Under the pieces are notes generated by a model, which was not told the DNA's origin, did no database searches, and saw only the letters and a program-made list of their open reading frames with translations. The position numbers were made by a program, and so were the translations under genes. Shown here piece by piece: positions 20,081 through 29,813 of a stretch of DNA of 64,000 bases. The DNA comes from a virus: positions 1 to 64,000 of IMG/VR virus record IMGVR_UViG_3300021407_000013; one strand, given 5' to 3'. Position 1 is the stretch's first letter. Each line of letters opens with the position of its first letter.

Positions 20081-21663
20081 TATTGAGCCTCAGTCGTTTG
20101 TTGTGACGGTAAACGCTGTCTTTCCTTGCGATGTTCAACTTCTTGAAGGTAATCTACCACCGCGCTTTCGAGTGCATCCACGCGCGTGGAACCTGAACGG
20201 CTTAATTCACCAAGTTTATAGTGTGGTTTTCCAGGTTGTCCTGCTGCGCCACCTTCTCCGCCTGGAGTTTCAATTGGAGGCTTAAATTTAGCCATTTTCT
20301 TGTAATCTAGGATCAACGGAGACGGGAACATAGCCTTCAAATCATTAAAATTATCAGATGCCCACTCATAAAGTGTCTCTTTATTTTCATCATCTGCGAG
20401 TGGAAGTAGCAATTCAAGCATAGAAATCACACTTCTTAGCTTGACATTCGCTACTTTTATCTTTTCAGAGTCAGGTTCAGTCAACAAAGATGGCCAAACC
20501 GCAATAAAGTGGTCTGACCATTCTGTAAACGCCTGATTGTAGCTCTTTTTCTTGTATTCGTCAGGAAAATCGTTTTGAACTGTTTCGTAAAATTCCAAAT
20601 TCCAGGCCCGATATTGCACAATTCGAGTGAAAAAATCATATAAAGGCTGCATTGACTCACGTAATTTATCAATATAGCGCGCTATCGCTTTGGCATCCTC
20701 CTCACCCTCAGCAAAGGCAACCGCCAATGTTTCTGAATTTACTAATTTTGCTGGCATTCCAGCTGCTGCTGCTATATTTTCAAGTATGTTTTTTCGTGCT
20801 GTGCGTGATGAGTTGTCTATATTCTGTAGGTTTAAAGATTCAATACTCTCATCGATTGAAATATTCATCACCGAGCCGGTCATTGCCTCCTTAAGCATAC
20901 CACGCTTGATGCCAGCTATCTGTTGCATCACATTATTTATGATGCTGCCAGGTGCTTTCAATTTTGCTACGATGATTCCGGCCTTTTTAGTAACCAAATC
21001 ATCTGTAATCATCGACTGTAGGAATGATTTAAGTGGATAAAGTGCGCGCTGATATACAGAGCGGCCAACATAACCCCAAGCTGAAGTAGTATAATCAAGA
21101 TAAATTGGATCTTCATTCTGATAAATGCTAGTTCGCGTAAAATGATACGATTGTCCTTGGACAGCAATCGTAATTGGCTTCAAAAATACAGGAGAATTTG
21201 GATTTTGGTTTAAAACCAAGCTTCCTGCGGTATTTAATGGATCAAAAACATTAAAAGTCATCGGTTTGTTGGCTAAAGTTGCAAAATCTAATGGTTTTGT
21301 AGGATCTTCTTTTGGAATCATCACCGCTACAGAGGAAATTCCATAAATTCTTGCTAATCTTACCACATTTGCAATGATTCTATCTGCATCTATGTTTTGC
21401 CACTCATCCGTAAACGCTTTTCTGACCCGATCTTCTGGTGATCCAGGGATGTTTATGGTGCGCCCCTGAGATTGCGCCAATTGAACCGGGGTATCTACCA
21501 GTTTTGCGCCGTAAGGATGGTAAGAATAGATGAGTTTGCAGAGTTCATACGACGCTGAAGATCCTAGCTCGATATTATCGGCCATTAGGATTTTCATAAG
21601 CGGCGTACCTAGTGGAGAGCCCCCAAACAAGCCTCCACCAGGTTCTATGACTGCTTCTGCCAT
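20080..21663 (-). CDS. Portal protein (DUF1073-like)
   Basis: 527 aa between terminase and protease; YELCK.IY..HP, GYVGRSVYQR, IAAAAGMPA..L motifs. Confidence 0.8.
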   Translation of the reverse strand: MAEAVIEPGGGLFGGSPLGTPLMKILMADNIELGSSASYELCKLIYSYHPYGAKLVDTPVQLAQSQGRTINIPGSPEDRVRKAFTDEWQNIDADRIIANVVRLARIYGISSVAVMIPKEDPTKPLDFATLANKPMTFNVFDPLNTAGSLVLNQNPNSPVFLKPITIAVQGQSYHFTRTSIYQNEDPIYLDYTTSAWGYVGRSVYQRALYPLKSFLQSMITDDLVTKKAGIIVAKLKAPGSIINNVMQQIAGIKRGMLKEAMTGSVMNISIDESIESLNLQNIDNSSRTARKNILENIAAAAGMPAKLVNSETLAVAFAEGEEDAKAIARYIDKLRESMQPLYDFFTRIVQYRAWNLEFYETVQNDFPDEYKKKSYNQAFTEWSDHFIAVWPSLLTEPDSEKIKVANVKLRSVISMLELLLPLADDENKETLYEWASDNFNDLKAMFPSPLILDYKKMAKFKPPIETPGGEGGAAGQPGKPHYKLGELSRSGSTRVDALESAVVDYLQEVEHRKERQRLPSQQTTEAQ

Positions 21664-21760
21664 TTTCTTCTTTTATTTGAAAATAGACTGCGGAGGGGGC
21701 TGTCAGTCCCCCTTGCCAGTTCACAGAGTGTTAATTCACCCCGCCGCAATCATCCCAATA

Positions 21761-22669
21761 TTAACGCTTCGGTTGAGCAGGAGGCGTTCCAGGCGCAATC
21801 GGCTGGGTAGGCTGGCCGGCGCCAATCGGCGGCCGCGGAAGTGGCTGTCCAGGCTGCGGAGGACGCGCTGCTGAACCAGGAGGCCGTGGCTGAGTTGCTA
21901 CAGGCGGACGCCCACCAGGAAGTCCCTGATCAGGATGCTCGCCACCGGCGCCAGCGCCTTCATCGACACCGTAGTCAGGATCGGTTTCATGTTCCGGAAT
22001 GGTGAACTTGCCATAACGGAGGCCGACGCCTTGGATCCAAACGAGGAACATATGCTCGCCAGTAGGTGCATCTGGCGGAAGCGGAGGCCAGATAGAGCCT
22101 GGAGGAAGATCCGGTGGTAGAGGATGACCAGCAACTGGCGGGATTGGATGCTCGGGATGCTCGCCTGGATCACCAGGAAGCGCGTTGTCTGGCTGCCCAG
22201 GAATGTGAATCGGATGCTCCGGCGTGTCGATTGGCGCATCAACACCCCAATCCGGATCGGTCGGTCCCGGAGGCCATTCCGGCTTCGGCGGCTTGGGTTT
22301 GCCAGCCCACGGAGGACGATGACCAGGATGAAGATCGCCCTGTCCAAAGCCAGGATCGACAGGACGCCCAGGACGGGCAGGACCGCCGCCAACATGTGGA
22401 GGCCGCTCAGGACGATTGGGACCGCCAGGAAGACCCTGATCAGGACGACCGCCTTCACCTACGCCCCAACCTGGATCGACAGGACGCCCAGGACGCGCAG
22501 GACCGCCGCCAACATGCGGAGGACGACCAGGAACGCCATATCCAGGATCGACAGGTAGACGACTTCCGCCAGGAAGACCCTGATCAGGATGCGCGCCTTC
22601 ATCGACGCCGTAGTCAGGATCAGTCGGACGACCGCTCCTATCGAGGAATTGAATATATGCGAGAGGCAT
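21761..22669 (-). CDS. Pro/Gly-rich repeat protein of unknown function
   Basis: Strong SD AAGGAG; repeats DPxYGV, PDQGLPGG, RPPHVGGGPARPGRPVDPG. Confidence 0.7.
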   Translation of the reverse strand: MPLAYIQFLDRSGRPTDPDYGVDEGAHPDQGLPGGSRLPVDPGYGVPGRPPHVGGGPARPGRPVDPGWGVGEGGRPDQGLPGGPNRPERPPHVGGGPARPGRPVDPGFGQGDLHPGHRPPWAGKPKPPKPEWPPGPTDPDWGVDAPIDTPEHPIHIPGQPDNALPGDPGEHPEHPIPPVAGHPLPPDLPPGSIWPPLPPDAPTGEHMFLVWIQGVGLRYGKFTIPEHETDPDYGVDEGAGAGGEHPDQGLPGGRPPVATQPRPPGSAARPPQPGQPLPRPPIGAGQPTQPIAPGTPPAQPKR

Positions 22670-22834
22670 CAGTTTCTCCTTAGACGGTTAGGTTTCTTCG
22701 TGGTCTGGCTATTTATACGCGTGGCGTCCCAGACAAAAGTGCAGGGTGGAATCCAATCGACGGGAGGCCGAGACCGCTCAATTGCCGCGAGTTGGGAGGT
22801 ATTCTGCGACAATTTCACCCCTGCTGAAGTTTAT

Positions 22835-24340
22835 TTACCAAAGCTCTGAATCACCCAGAGAAGTACATACTCCGTAGCAAAAGCAATCAACCAAATCGTC
22901 TTCTTGGTCTGGCACGCCAACATTAAAACTATGAACTTGCTTAATGAGATGATTAGCGTGTCTTTGTTTAAAATCCACAGTCTTGTTATAAGCTTGAGCA
23001 GAGTATTTCACCTTGCCAACGGAAACATATCCACTAGCATTGAGAGCACGCGGTTGTTTGCCAAGTTGTACCAACTTAGCGTCAATACCAGTTGCCAAAA
23101 AGTTGCGTCGATTACATTGTTGCAAAAGGACAATTCCAGAGCCCTTTTCTTCAATCAATGTTCCGATTGACCCTCGCCGCGCCCTACAAGTTCTGGCATA
23201 TTCTTCAAGTTTCAAATAAATATTGGGTATCCAATCTATCAACAAATCAGCAGGAACTTGCAATATATCATAATCAAGTATTGTTAAAGGATGCTCAAAA
23301 CGCTCATTAATGGCCCAATAAATTACTGCGGTAGCATCATGTTTCGCGTCAGCTTTAATGCCAGTATCAATAGTGGCAAAGACGCAATCAGTCCACTCAG
23401 GAAAGTTGACAGGATGTCCGTCAATAAGTAAGTCTTTTTCGAGGAAAAACGTACCACCAGGCGGCTGCGGATTTTGCTGATAAAGCGATTCAAAATCTCT
23501 GATTCCCAGGATTGTTCGCTTTCGTTCCAAAGCCTGTGCGTCTTCCCATTTAGGCCAAAGTGCCTCTCCAACGGGGCGTTCCAAAGGATCATCAGCGGTT
23601 GCAAAGGCTGGAAGATTTATAACCGTCCATTGATCTCCGCCCTTTTCTGCTTCGTGAAGAAGCATCCCACCCAGATCTTCTAAATGCCATCTAGTCTGGA
23701 TAAGGATAATTCTAGCATCTGGCTTAAGGCGCGTGACCAAATCCGATTTGTACCATTCATAAGTTTTGGTGCGCACCGTTTCGGATTCAGCGTCCTCTCT
23801 GGACTTAACGGGATCATCAATAATTGCGAGATCAGCGCGTCTTCCAGTAATTGCGCCTCCCACTCCCGCCGCGTAATATTCACCTCCGTTTGTGGTTTCC
23901 CATCGAGAAGCGGCTCTGTTTGATTCATCTAGCGAATAGCCTAAAATTGGTGCCTTCAGAAGTATTCTGTTACGCACCTTACGGCCAAAACGCTCAGCAA
24001 GCTCTCCTGTATGTGAACAACCAATTACGGAAGAACGTGGAAATTTTTTAAACCAATAAGGTGGTAGTAACTCTGATGTATAAGTAGACTTGGCGCTCCC
24101 AGGAGGAGCAAATATCATTAAGCGATCAATTTCTCCGGATATGACCTTTTCGAGGGCTTTGATAATATGTTTATGATGACGTGCTGGTTCAAAACCAAAA
24201 TCGTGTACGCACTCTTCACACCAAGAAAGTAAATCGCTCTGACAAGAACGACGCCAAGCTTCAGCACGGTATTTGTAAATTTGACGCTTTCGTATTGTGT
24301 CAAATTGGGATGGTTGTGAAGGTTCAAATCCCATTGACAC
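22835..24340 (-). CDS. terL: Terminase large subunit
   Basis: Walker A APPGSAKST, GAITGRRADLAIIDDP, QTRWH..DL, YQQ.P; nuclease IDTG...DDLVD. Confidence 0.92.
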   Translation of the reverse strand: MSMGFEPSQPSQFDTIRKRQIYKYRAEAWRRSCQSDLLSWCEECVHDFGFEPARHHKHIIKALEKVISGEIDRLMIFAPPGSAKSTYTSELLPPYWFKKFPRSSVIGCSHTGELAERFGRKVRNRILLKAPILGYSLDESNRAASRWETTNGGEYYAAGVGGAITGRRADLAIIDDPVKSREDAESETVRTKTYEWYKSDLVTRLKPDARIILIQTRWHLEDLGGMLLHEAEKGGDQWTVINLPAFATADDPLERPVGEALWPKWEDAQALERKRTILGIRDFESLYQQNPQPPGGTFFLEKDLLIDGHPVNFPEWTDCVFATIDTGIKADAKHDATAVIYWAINERFEHPLTILDYDILQVPADLLIDWIPNIYLKLEEYARTCRARRGSIGTLIEEKGSGIVLLQQCNRRNFLATGIDAKLVQLGKQPRALNASGYVSVGKVKYSAQAYNKTVDFKQRHANHLIKQVHSFNVGVPDQEDDLVDCFCYGVCTSLGDSELW

Positions 24341-24343
24341 AAT

Positions 24344-24691
24344 TTAGAAACCTGAGCGAGAACCGCTTTCCTTGCGCTCTGTGGCGCTATCACTGGAAGG
24401 ATTGCTGTCGCGATAGCGAGTCTGTTCAGACTCAGGATCGTCGACCAAACCAGGTTCAACCTCGCCAATCGCCGCGGCAATAGCAGTTCGATACTTTTCA
24501 AATTGTGCTTGAGCTTGTCCCTGATTGCCCATATCGGAAGCTGGCAACATGCCAATAGATTGCGTCCCGATCAAATCGAGAGCATTGGCAAATGCAGGTT
24601 CATTGGGGAAACGAGACGAAAAATTCCTCAAAATAGAAATTTGTTCCTCAGTAACGAGGTAGACACGTAGGGCTCTTTGAGCTTCAGCCAT
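24344..24691 (-). CDS. Hypothetical protein, first gene of late operon
   Basis: 115 aa, SD AAGGA. Confidence 0.55.
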   Translation of the reverse strand: MAEAQRALRVYLVTEEQISILRNFSSRFPNEPAFANALDLIGTQSIGMLPASDMGNQGQAQAQFEKYRTAIAAAIGEVEPGLVDDPESEQTRYRDSNPSSDSATERKESGSRSGF

Positions 24692-24981
24692 TTATTCAAA
24701 ATCCTTTATAGAGACACTTCGTCCAATCTGATTTTACAGTTTTGGGCCCTTATTTTGGCCTCGTTCCCTGCTTTAGCAGGACTGACTTAACTGGCGCAGT
24801 AGGCCAATGATAGAGCGCCTGGGCCCCACGGAGGGCGTCTGGGAGGCCCAGGCATTACTAAACCCCGTCACTAGGGGGACTGGAAACGGGGTTCGAGGCG
24901 GCCTCAAAGCACGCGACATGAGGAAAAGACGCGCTGAGAGACCTTTGAGCATGGGTGGTAATTGCGGTTTTTGTAGGGCAT

Positions 24982-24997
24982 AGCAAGAATCGTGCCG
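24982..24997 (-). promoter_or_regulatory. Sigma54-type (-24/-12) promoter facing the structural operon
   Basis: Minus strand CGGCACGATTCTTGCT vs consensus TGGCACG-N4-TTGCW. Confidence 0.55.
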
Positions 24998-25030
24998 CAT
25001 TAAATTTTGTTAATGTTTACTCTGTTACCG

Positions 25031-25059
25031 TAGACTTCACAATCATTTTGTGCTATACT
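25031..25059 (+). promoter_or_regulatory. Sigma70-type promoter
   Basis: TAGACT-N13-GTGC-TATACT; same spacing as other phage promoters. Confidence 0.6.
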
Positions 25060-25080
25060 ATTTATTAAGAAAAGCAAGTT

Positions 25081-25620
25081 TTGGAGGTACCATTGCAAGA
25101 CCTGTTCACGCCGCAAGCCCAAAATGACTTTAAGTGGGTAGTGGCAGTTTTCGCTAATACTGGAGCAACAGAAGCCATTAGAAAGGCTAATGAAGTACCA
25201 CTTAAAACATTCTATCCAATACGATTTAATCACAAAGGACTACCAGTGCCTTTGTGGCGCCACTACTTATTCATTGAGTTCCGCAATTCCATAACAGCTC
25301 AAGTATGTCGGAGCACTACTAAATTCATTAAAGTCCTCACAATGCGCGATGAGGAAGGTATAGAATATCCAGTAATGGTACGTAAAAATGCTATTGATGA
25401 ACATATGGGATTATTATTAGCTGGTAGATTCAATAGTAGATCAACTGTTAGACGCTATTATGGAAGAGGATCATTAGTTAGAGTATTGGAAGGTAATTTT
25501 ATTGACAAGAAAGTACGATTAGAATCAGCTGTAACACCAGATATGCCTGGTACCCGTAAGGTAGCCATAGATATAAATGGTTGGAAGGGTAGCATAGAAA
25601 TCTGGAAGTTGGCGCTGTAA
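25081..25620 (+). CDS. NusG/RfaH-family transcription antiterminator
   Basis: NGN motif PLWRHYLFIEF and KOW motif GSLVRVLEGNF. Confidence 0.8.
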   Translation: MEVPLQDLFTPQAQNDFKWVVAVFANTGATEAIRKANEVPLKTFYPIRFNHKGLPVPLWRHYLFIEFRNSITAQVCRSTTKFIKVLTMRDEEGIEYPVMVRKNAIDEHMGLLLAGRFNSRSTVRRYYGRGSLVRVLEGNFIDKKVRLESAVTPDMPGTRKVAIDINGWKGSIEIWKLAL

Positions 25621-25749
25621 AATGTACGATCATAACGACGAAGATGAAGATTTTCACGAATATCCTCCATTCACGCATCCTTGGCGTGAATTCTTTACTT
25701 TCATGTGTTTCCTAATAGCAATAATCTGGGTGCTATGGAAGGCTATATC

Positions 25750-25959
25750 ATGGCTAATACAAGCACTATAATCAAAGAGATCAGAGATAATATCAACTCT
25801 GCACTAGAGGGAGGGTTCACATTTGACGATTATACGGATGAAGACCTTGCGGGTGATCTTATCGCGTATGCTGAGGACATGGAGAATAAGACGTTTGAAC
25901 AAGTTCTTCAAGCAGTCAAAGCAGTCCGCGCTGAAGGAATAGCTTGTCAAAAGAGGTAG
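25750..25959 (+). CDS. Small acidic hypothetical protein
   Basis: Start re-assigned to ATG 25750. Confidence 0.55.
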   Translation: MANTSTIIKEIRDNINSALEGGFTFDDYTDEDLAGDLIAYAEDMENKTFEQVLQAVKAVRAEGIACQKR

Positions 25960-25962
25960 CAA

Positions 25963-26481
25963 ATGGATGACTCTTGGGAATACTGGGAGAAGAATCACTT
26001 CTTTATTTTAGTGGGAAAAATTGCAGTTCCATCTAATATGGAAGGTTGGTCTGCTTGGTTTGAAAAAGCCTACGGCACTAATGAAACCCAAGTAGCATTT
26101 ACCAAAACAGATATTGTTGAAGTTTCAACTGTATTCCTAGGAATCAATCATAACTTCCGCTTCGATGGGAGCGCACCAATTCTGTTTGAGACTATGGCGT
26201 TCCATAAGCTCGATACTCCCAAGAATGTTCTAGGTCACGAAATAGAATGGGATGGTGAAGAATGTATGCGTTGTGGTACTTGGGAAGAAGCTGAGCTACA
26301 ACATAAGATAATGGTAGCAGAAGTTATCAGTAATCATTATCTTGGTACTCCAGAACAGCTTAAAGAAATGGTAGAAAAAATCTTCAAGGAGAGCACAGAA
26401 TGGCAAACGATCTCGGACCAATCGGACCCACCAACGACTATCCCAAAGGGAAACTCAACAATGAAGACGAAGGAGGATTGA
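25963..26481 (+). CDS. Hypothetical phage protein
   Basis: VSTVFLGINHNF...PILFETM motif recurrent in phage hypotheticals. Confidence 0.6.
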   Translation: MDDSWEYWEKNHFFILVGKIAVPSNMEGWSAWFEKAYGTNETQVAFTKTDIVEVSTVFLGINHNFRFDGSAPILFETMAFHKLDTPKNVLGHEIEWDGEECMRCGTWEEAELQHKIMVAEVISNHYLGTPEQLKEMVEKIFKESTEWQTISDQSDPPTTIPKGNSTMKTKED

Positions 26482-26654
26482 TCACAGGCGTTAGTCATGA
26501 TAAAGGAAATGTCATTATTAACTTCGGTAAACCAGTAGCATGGGTAGCATTTCCTCCAGAAATGGCATTTCAATTCGCTCGATCAATTGCCACACACGCC
26601 CATGCTGCTATGACTGATATTACGGAGACTACTGATGGGAACGAAAAAGGATGA
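26400..26654 (+). CDS. Hypothetical protein
   Basis: SD AAGGAG; GKLNNEDEG...VIINFGKPVAWV. Confidence 0.6.
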   Translation: MANDLGPIGPTNDYPKGKLNNEDEGGLITGVSHDKGNVIINFGKPVAWVAFPPEMAFQFARSIATHAHAAMTDITETTDGNEKG

Positions 26655-26883
26655 GACTGTAATATGCTGTATGAGGGCCTCGCCAAAAGGCCCAAATACT
26701 GACAGCATCTTATCCAGTTGCAACAAATGTGGCCATCCTATCTGGATCGCCAAAAGCACTCCAATCATTGAAGGTGCGCGCTTTCTGTGTATGCAATGCG
26801 TTCCATGGAACGAAGTGACAGATGTAGCACCGCCGACGATGGATCAAATGTCTGACGTTCTGAGATCCAAAAATAGCAGGTAA
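26635..26883 (+). CDS. Zn-finger hypothetical protein
   Basis: CxxC...CxxC. Confidence 0.55.
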   Translation: MGTKKDETVICCMRASPKGPNTDSILSSCNKCGHPIWIAKSTPIIEGARFLCMQCVPWNEVTDVAPPTMDQMSDVLRSKNSR

Positions 26884-26887
26884 CGAA

Positions 26888-27361
26888 ATGAAACTCTTAG
26901 AGGTAGCAAGCGAAGGTGACTTACGTTACTGGATCCAAGAATGGATATTTGAATGTGAAGGGAGGCTTTCGTTAGAGTGGGTTGAACCTATGATGTATGG
27001 GAGCACTGTTGGCGCTCCAGATTGCAAAATCAAATTTGCCAATCATACCATAGGATTAGAACTCAAATATCTATTGAGTACGAAGAAGGGCATAAAATGG
27101 ACAGTGCGTCCAGCTCAAAGGCGCTACCATCATATGAACGTAAGAAATGGTGGTCGAAGTGCGTTATTAGCATGGATAGCAGCCAAAGAAGAACTTGTGC
27201 TAGTACGTGGCGATCATATACCACTACGAGACTACGCCTCAGATAAGGAGTCTGGTTGCGCCCACGGATTAGTCAAATTGGACTCATTTGGTATGTCAGA
27301 TAAACAAGCCATATTTAGTTTAGAAAAATTGATCTTCAACGACGAGTATTGGGAGAGATAG
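26888..27361 (+). CDS. PD-(D/E)xK nuclease, Holliday-junction-resolvase/VRR-NUC-like
   Basis: GAPD...LELK...RPAQ...GG motif. Confidence 0.7.
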   Translation: MKLLEVASEGDLRYWIQEWIFECEGRLSLEWVEPMMYGSTVGAPDCKIKFANHTIGLELKYLLSTKKGIKWTVRPAQRRYHHMNVRNGGRSALLAWIAAKEELVLVRGDHIPLRDYASDKESGCAHGLVKLDSFGMSDKQAIFSLEKLIFNDEYWER

Positions 27362-27409
27362 ATGGTTAAGATGATTCCGCCACAATACAAAAGAGGAGGA
27401 TCACACGCC

Positions 27410-27607
27410 ATGCCACCAAATGACAAGATCGCTCATCATACTCTGCACCAGAAGGTCCAGAAGCTCGATGGCTACAAATATCCAGGCATTATTGTGGCTA
27501 TATTCACTACCACAGAAGGTCGAGTCCGTTACGTGGTGGAAGCTGACCATCCCGATTTTCGTGGTATGCTTCATATATTCTCTGATTCTCAACTTGAGGA
27601 AAGGTAA
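27410..27607 (+). CDS. Hypothetical protein
   Basis: SD GGAGGA; start re-assigned. Confidence 0.55.
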   Translation: MPPNDKIAHHTLHQKVQKLDGYKYPGIIVAIFTTTEGRVRYVVEADHPDFRGMLHIFSDSQLEER

Positions 27608-27853
27608 ATGAAGTGCCAAGTTTGCCAAGGCAAAACATATCTTGAAAGATGGGCTTGCCCAGAATGTCTTGGCAGCGGCATAACGTCATGTTGTGAAGGA
27701 AACCCAAATACAAATAAGTGGTTTGAAGCGCCCATCTCAGACCGATTAAAAGAAGCTGAAATATTGATTGTCAGTACAAAATTTGATAAAGATGGTAATT
27801 TAGTAAAAATCAAAACTCTCGTAGATCAAAAACAGGATGATAAAAATGAATGA
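27608..27853 (+). CDS. Small DnaJ-type Zn-finger protein
   Basis: CxxCxG...CPECxGxG. Confidence 0.55.
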   Translation: MKCQVCQGKTYLERWACPECLGSGITSCCEGNPNTNKWFEAPISDRLKEAEILIVSTKFDKDGNLVKIKTLVDQKQDDKNE

Positions 27854-28058
27854 GCCAGAACGCCCGATGTTTGAGTGTGACGCAGAAGTCTATACATGCC
27901 CATATTGTATGAAAGCTGTTGTGGTATATGTAGAATTAGATGGCAGTGGTATCATTTCCAGACCTGAATATGATTTAATTGCTAATTGGGTTTATCATTC
28001 CGCGTGTTGGGATAAACAGATGAGAGAGCATCCGCCAGGAGAACCAAATGTCAAATGA
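27846..28058 (+). CDS. Hypothetical protein
   Basis: CPYC...HxxC; coupled. Confidence 0.5.
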   Translation: MNEPERPMFECDAEVYTCPYCMKAVVVYVELDGSGIISRPEYDLIANWVYHSACWDKQMREHPPGEPNVK

Positions 28059-28368
28059 TAAAGCAGAGCTCAGAGCGTTTCTCAAAGAGCGCGATGATTT
28101 ATTCAAAAATCCAACACTAGAAGCAGCGCAATCTTGGTGGCTCAAGGCTGGTCATCCGCAATGGGCAAGAGAAGATGTACCACTAGCCGCGGTCCACAAG
28201 GCACGATTACAGTGGTTAGAATCCACAGATGCTATGATAGAAGAATCTATCAAATGGCTACAAGAGCATGATTATTCAATCGAATGGCAAGGAGCGCCAC
28301 CACTCACGCCAGAACGCCGCGATGCTGATAGAGTGTCTTTGGGCAAGAAACCGCTAGGTCAAACATGA
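28048..28368 (+). CDS. Hypothetical protein
   Basis: SD AGGAG. Confidence 0.55.
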   Translation: MSNDKAELRAFLKERDDLFKNPTLEAAQSWWLKAGHPQWAREDVPLAAVHKARLQWLESTDAMIEESIKWLQEHDYSIEWQGAPPLTPERRDADRVSLGKKPLGQT

Positions 28369-28541
28369 AGAGACTCATCATAGCTCTATTCACAGTGTGG
28401 TTTTTATTTGTCGCAGCAATGGTCTACTCAGTTTTGGCTTATGGACCATCAGACCATTCTAATAGTGCTATGGACTATGATGAGTCACAATTCCTATTCT
28501 GGCACGTAATCATGCCAGTTCTGCACTCAAATATGAACTAG
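28365..28541 (+). CDS. 58-aa membrane protein (not in ORF track)
   Basis: ATGA overlap; MKRLIIALFTVWFLFVAAMVYSVLAY. Confidence 0.5.
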   Translation: MKRLIIALFTVWFLFVAAMVYSVLAYGPSDHSNSAMDYDESQFLFWHVIMPVLHSNMN

Positions 28542-28550
28542 GAGGTCGCT

Positions 28551-28973
28551 ATGGGAGAAGCCAAACGTAAATATCTTCTTGTCAAAGTTGTATCCAAAAA
28601 ACCTGAATTCCAAACGACAAGGCTCAGCACAGGCTGCAATTGTCTGAACTGTGGCATCTTGATTGACGCCGCCACCAGCGTTAACCATAAGCATACACCA
28701 TACCCAGGTGCCATAGCCATCTGTATGATCTGCTCTCATATAATGGCATATGACGAGAGAATTCATCTGCGAGAGCTCAATGATGAAGAAATATTGTTAA
28801 TAGCTGGTGACAAAGATATACTCTTCTTGATCAACGGCCTTGGTGGCGCCAAGAAAGAGTGGGAATCAAAACATGGCGAAGGATCGTGGGGTAAAACCAG
28901 CAGGGACCGGCTCGCACAAGCGCAAGCCAGAGTTGAAGCTAAACAGGAAGCGGCCAGGACTAAGGGAGAATGA
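28551..28973 (+). CDS. Zn-binding hypothetical protein
   Basis: SD GGAGG; CxxC pairs. Confidence 0.55.
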   Translation: MGEAKRKYLLVKVVSKKPEFQTTRLSTGCNCLNCGILIDAATSVNHKHTPYPGAIAICMICSHIMAYDERIHLRELNDEEILLIAGDKDILFLINGLGGAKKEWESKHGEGSWGKTSRDRLAQAQARVEAKQEAARTKGE

Positions 28974-29172
28974 ATATGAATGCGCCGCCTGCCATAAGGT
29001 CTTCACCAAAGGAGTGTCGGATGAAGAAGCTCTGGCGGAAGCTGCGGTATTATTTCCTACTGTACCAATTGAAGAAACCAGTCTAGTCTGCGAGGACTGT
29101 TTTCAGGAAATGATGGCAGACATCAAAGCCAGGCCATGGGCCTACCCACCTTTACCAGATGAGGATAAATAA
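28840..29172 (+). CDS. Zn-binding hypothetical protein (start uncertain)
   Basis: CAAC...CEDC. Confidence 0.5.
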   Translation: MVAPRKSGNQNMAKDRGVKPAGTGSHKRKPELKLNRKRPGLRENEYECAACHKVFTKGVSDEEALAEAAVLFPTVPIEETSLVCEDCFQEMMADIKARPWAYPPLPDEDK

Positions 29173-29810
29173 TGGCATATGACCTGTTTGATAAGGATGG
29201 CAAGCGCAAACGGCGTGAGGGCTCTGGGGTAGCGCCCAGACCACTCGATGAAGTAGAGCGTGAAATCGTCAGAGCCGACATGGCTGAGTTAATCGCCAGA
29301 GAAAAAGAAAATGGTGATTGGGCTAAGTGGGAGGAATCGCAGCGCCCAATTTCGCAACTGCGATCCCTTGACCGCGATATAGTACATATCACTGTTACAC
29401 TGACAATTGACGGCCACATCATCCCAAACCCACCAGACACAGAAGATGTAGTCAGACGTGAGATGGAATCACGCTTCCTCCGCTATGAGCGCCAAGAAAT
29501 GCCCAGTCGCATTATGGCCCTCGAACATGACAGGAGGTTACATCGACCTGCACCAGAGGTTGGTGATAGAGGAATATTCAATGGTTATATCGCACCAAGT
29601 TCTCCACGTTTCTATACGGGTCAGATTACTCCTGAGATCTGGGAACTCTTTGTAGGGCGCGCTCCAGTCAATGATGACATAGAGCGCGCCAACTGCTACC
29701 AAGAAGGTATGCTTGGCCATCAAAGCTGCGGTTGGTGCCACGACTGCATGAAGCCACGCTATGCTTGCGGCCATCTATGTTTCCCAAGTAGTTCCACACC
29801 AAGTAGGTGA
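29172..29810 (+). CDS. Hypothetical protein with Cys-rich C-terminus
   Basis: Coupled ORF; RANC...GH..CGWC..C. Confidence 0.55.
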   Translation: MAYDLFDKDGKRKRREGSGVAPRPLDEVEREIVRADMAELIAREKENGDWAKWEESQRPISQLRSLDRDIVHITVTLTIDGHIIPNPPDTEDVVRREMESRFLRYERQEMPSRIMALEHDRRLHRPAPEVGDRGIFNGYIAPSSPRFYTGQITPEIWELFVGRAPVNDDIERANCYQEGMLGHQSCGWCHDCMKPRYACGHLCFPSSSTPSR

Positions 29811-29813
29811 CTC

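Noticed and set aside
21898-22849. Several long alternative-frame and antisense ORFs over the Pro-rich gene
   Set aside because: Expected from GC-rich repeats; only 21761..22669 has an SD and fits the operon direction.
25000-25013. CtrA-like box TTAA...TTAA
   Set aside because: Spacer is 6 nt rather than 7.
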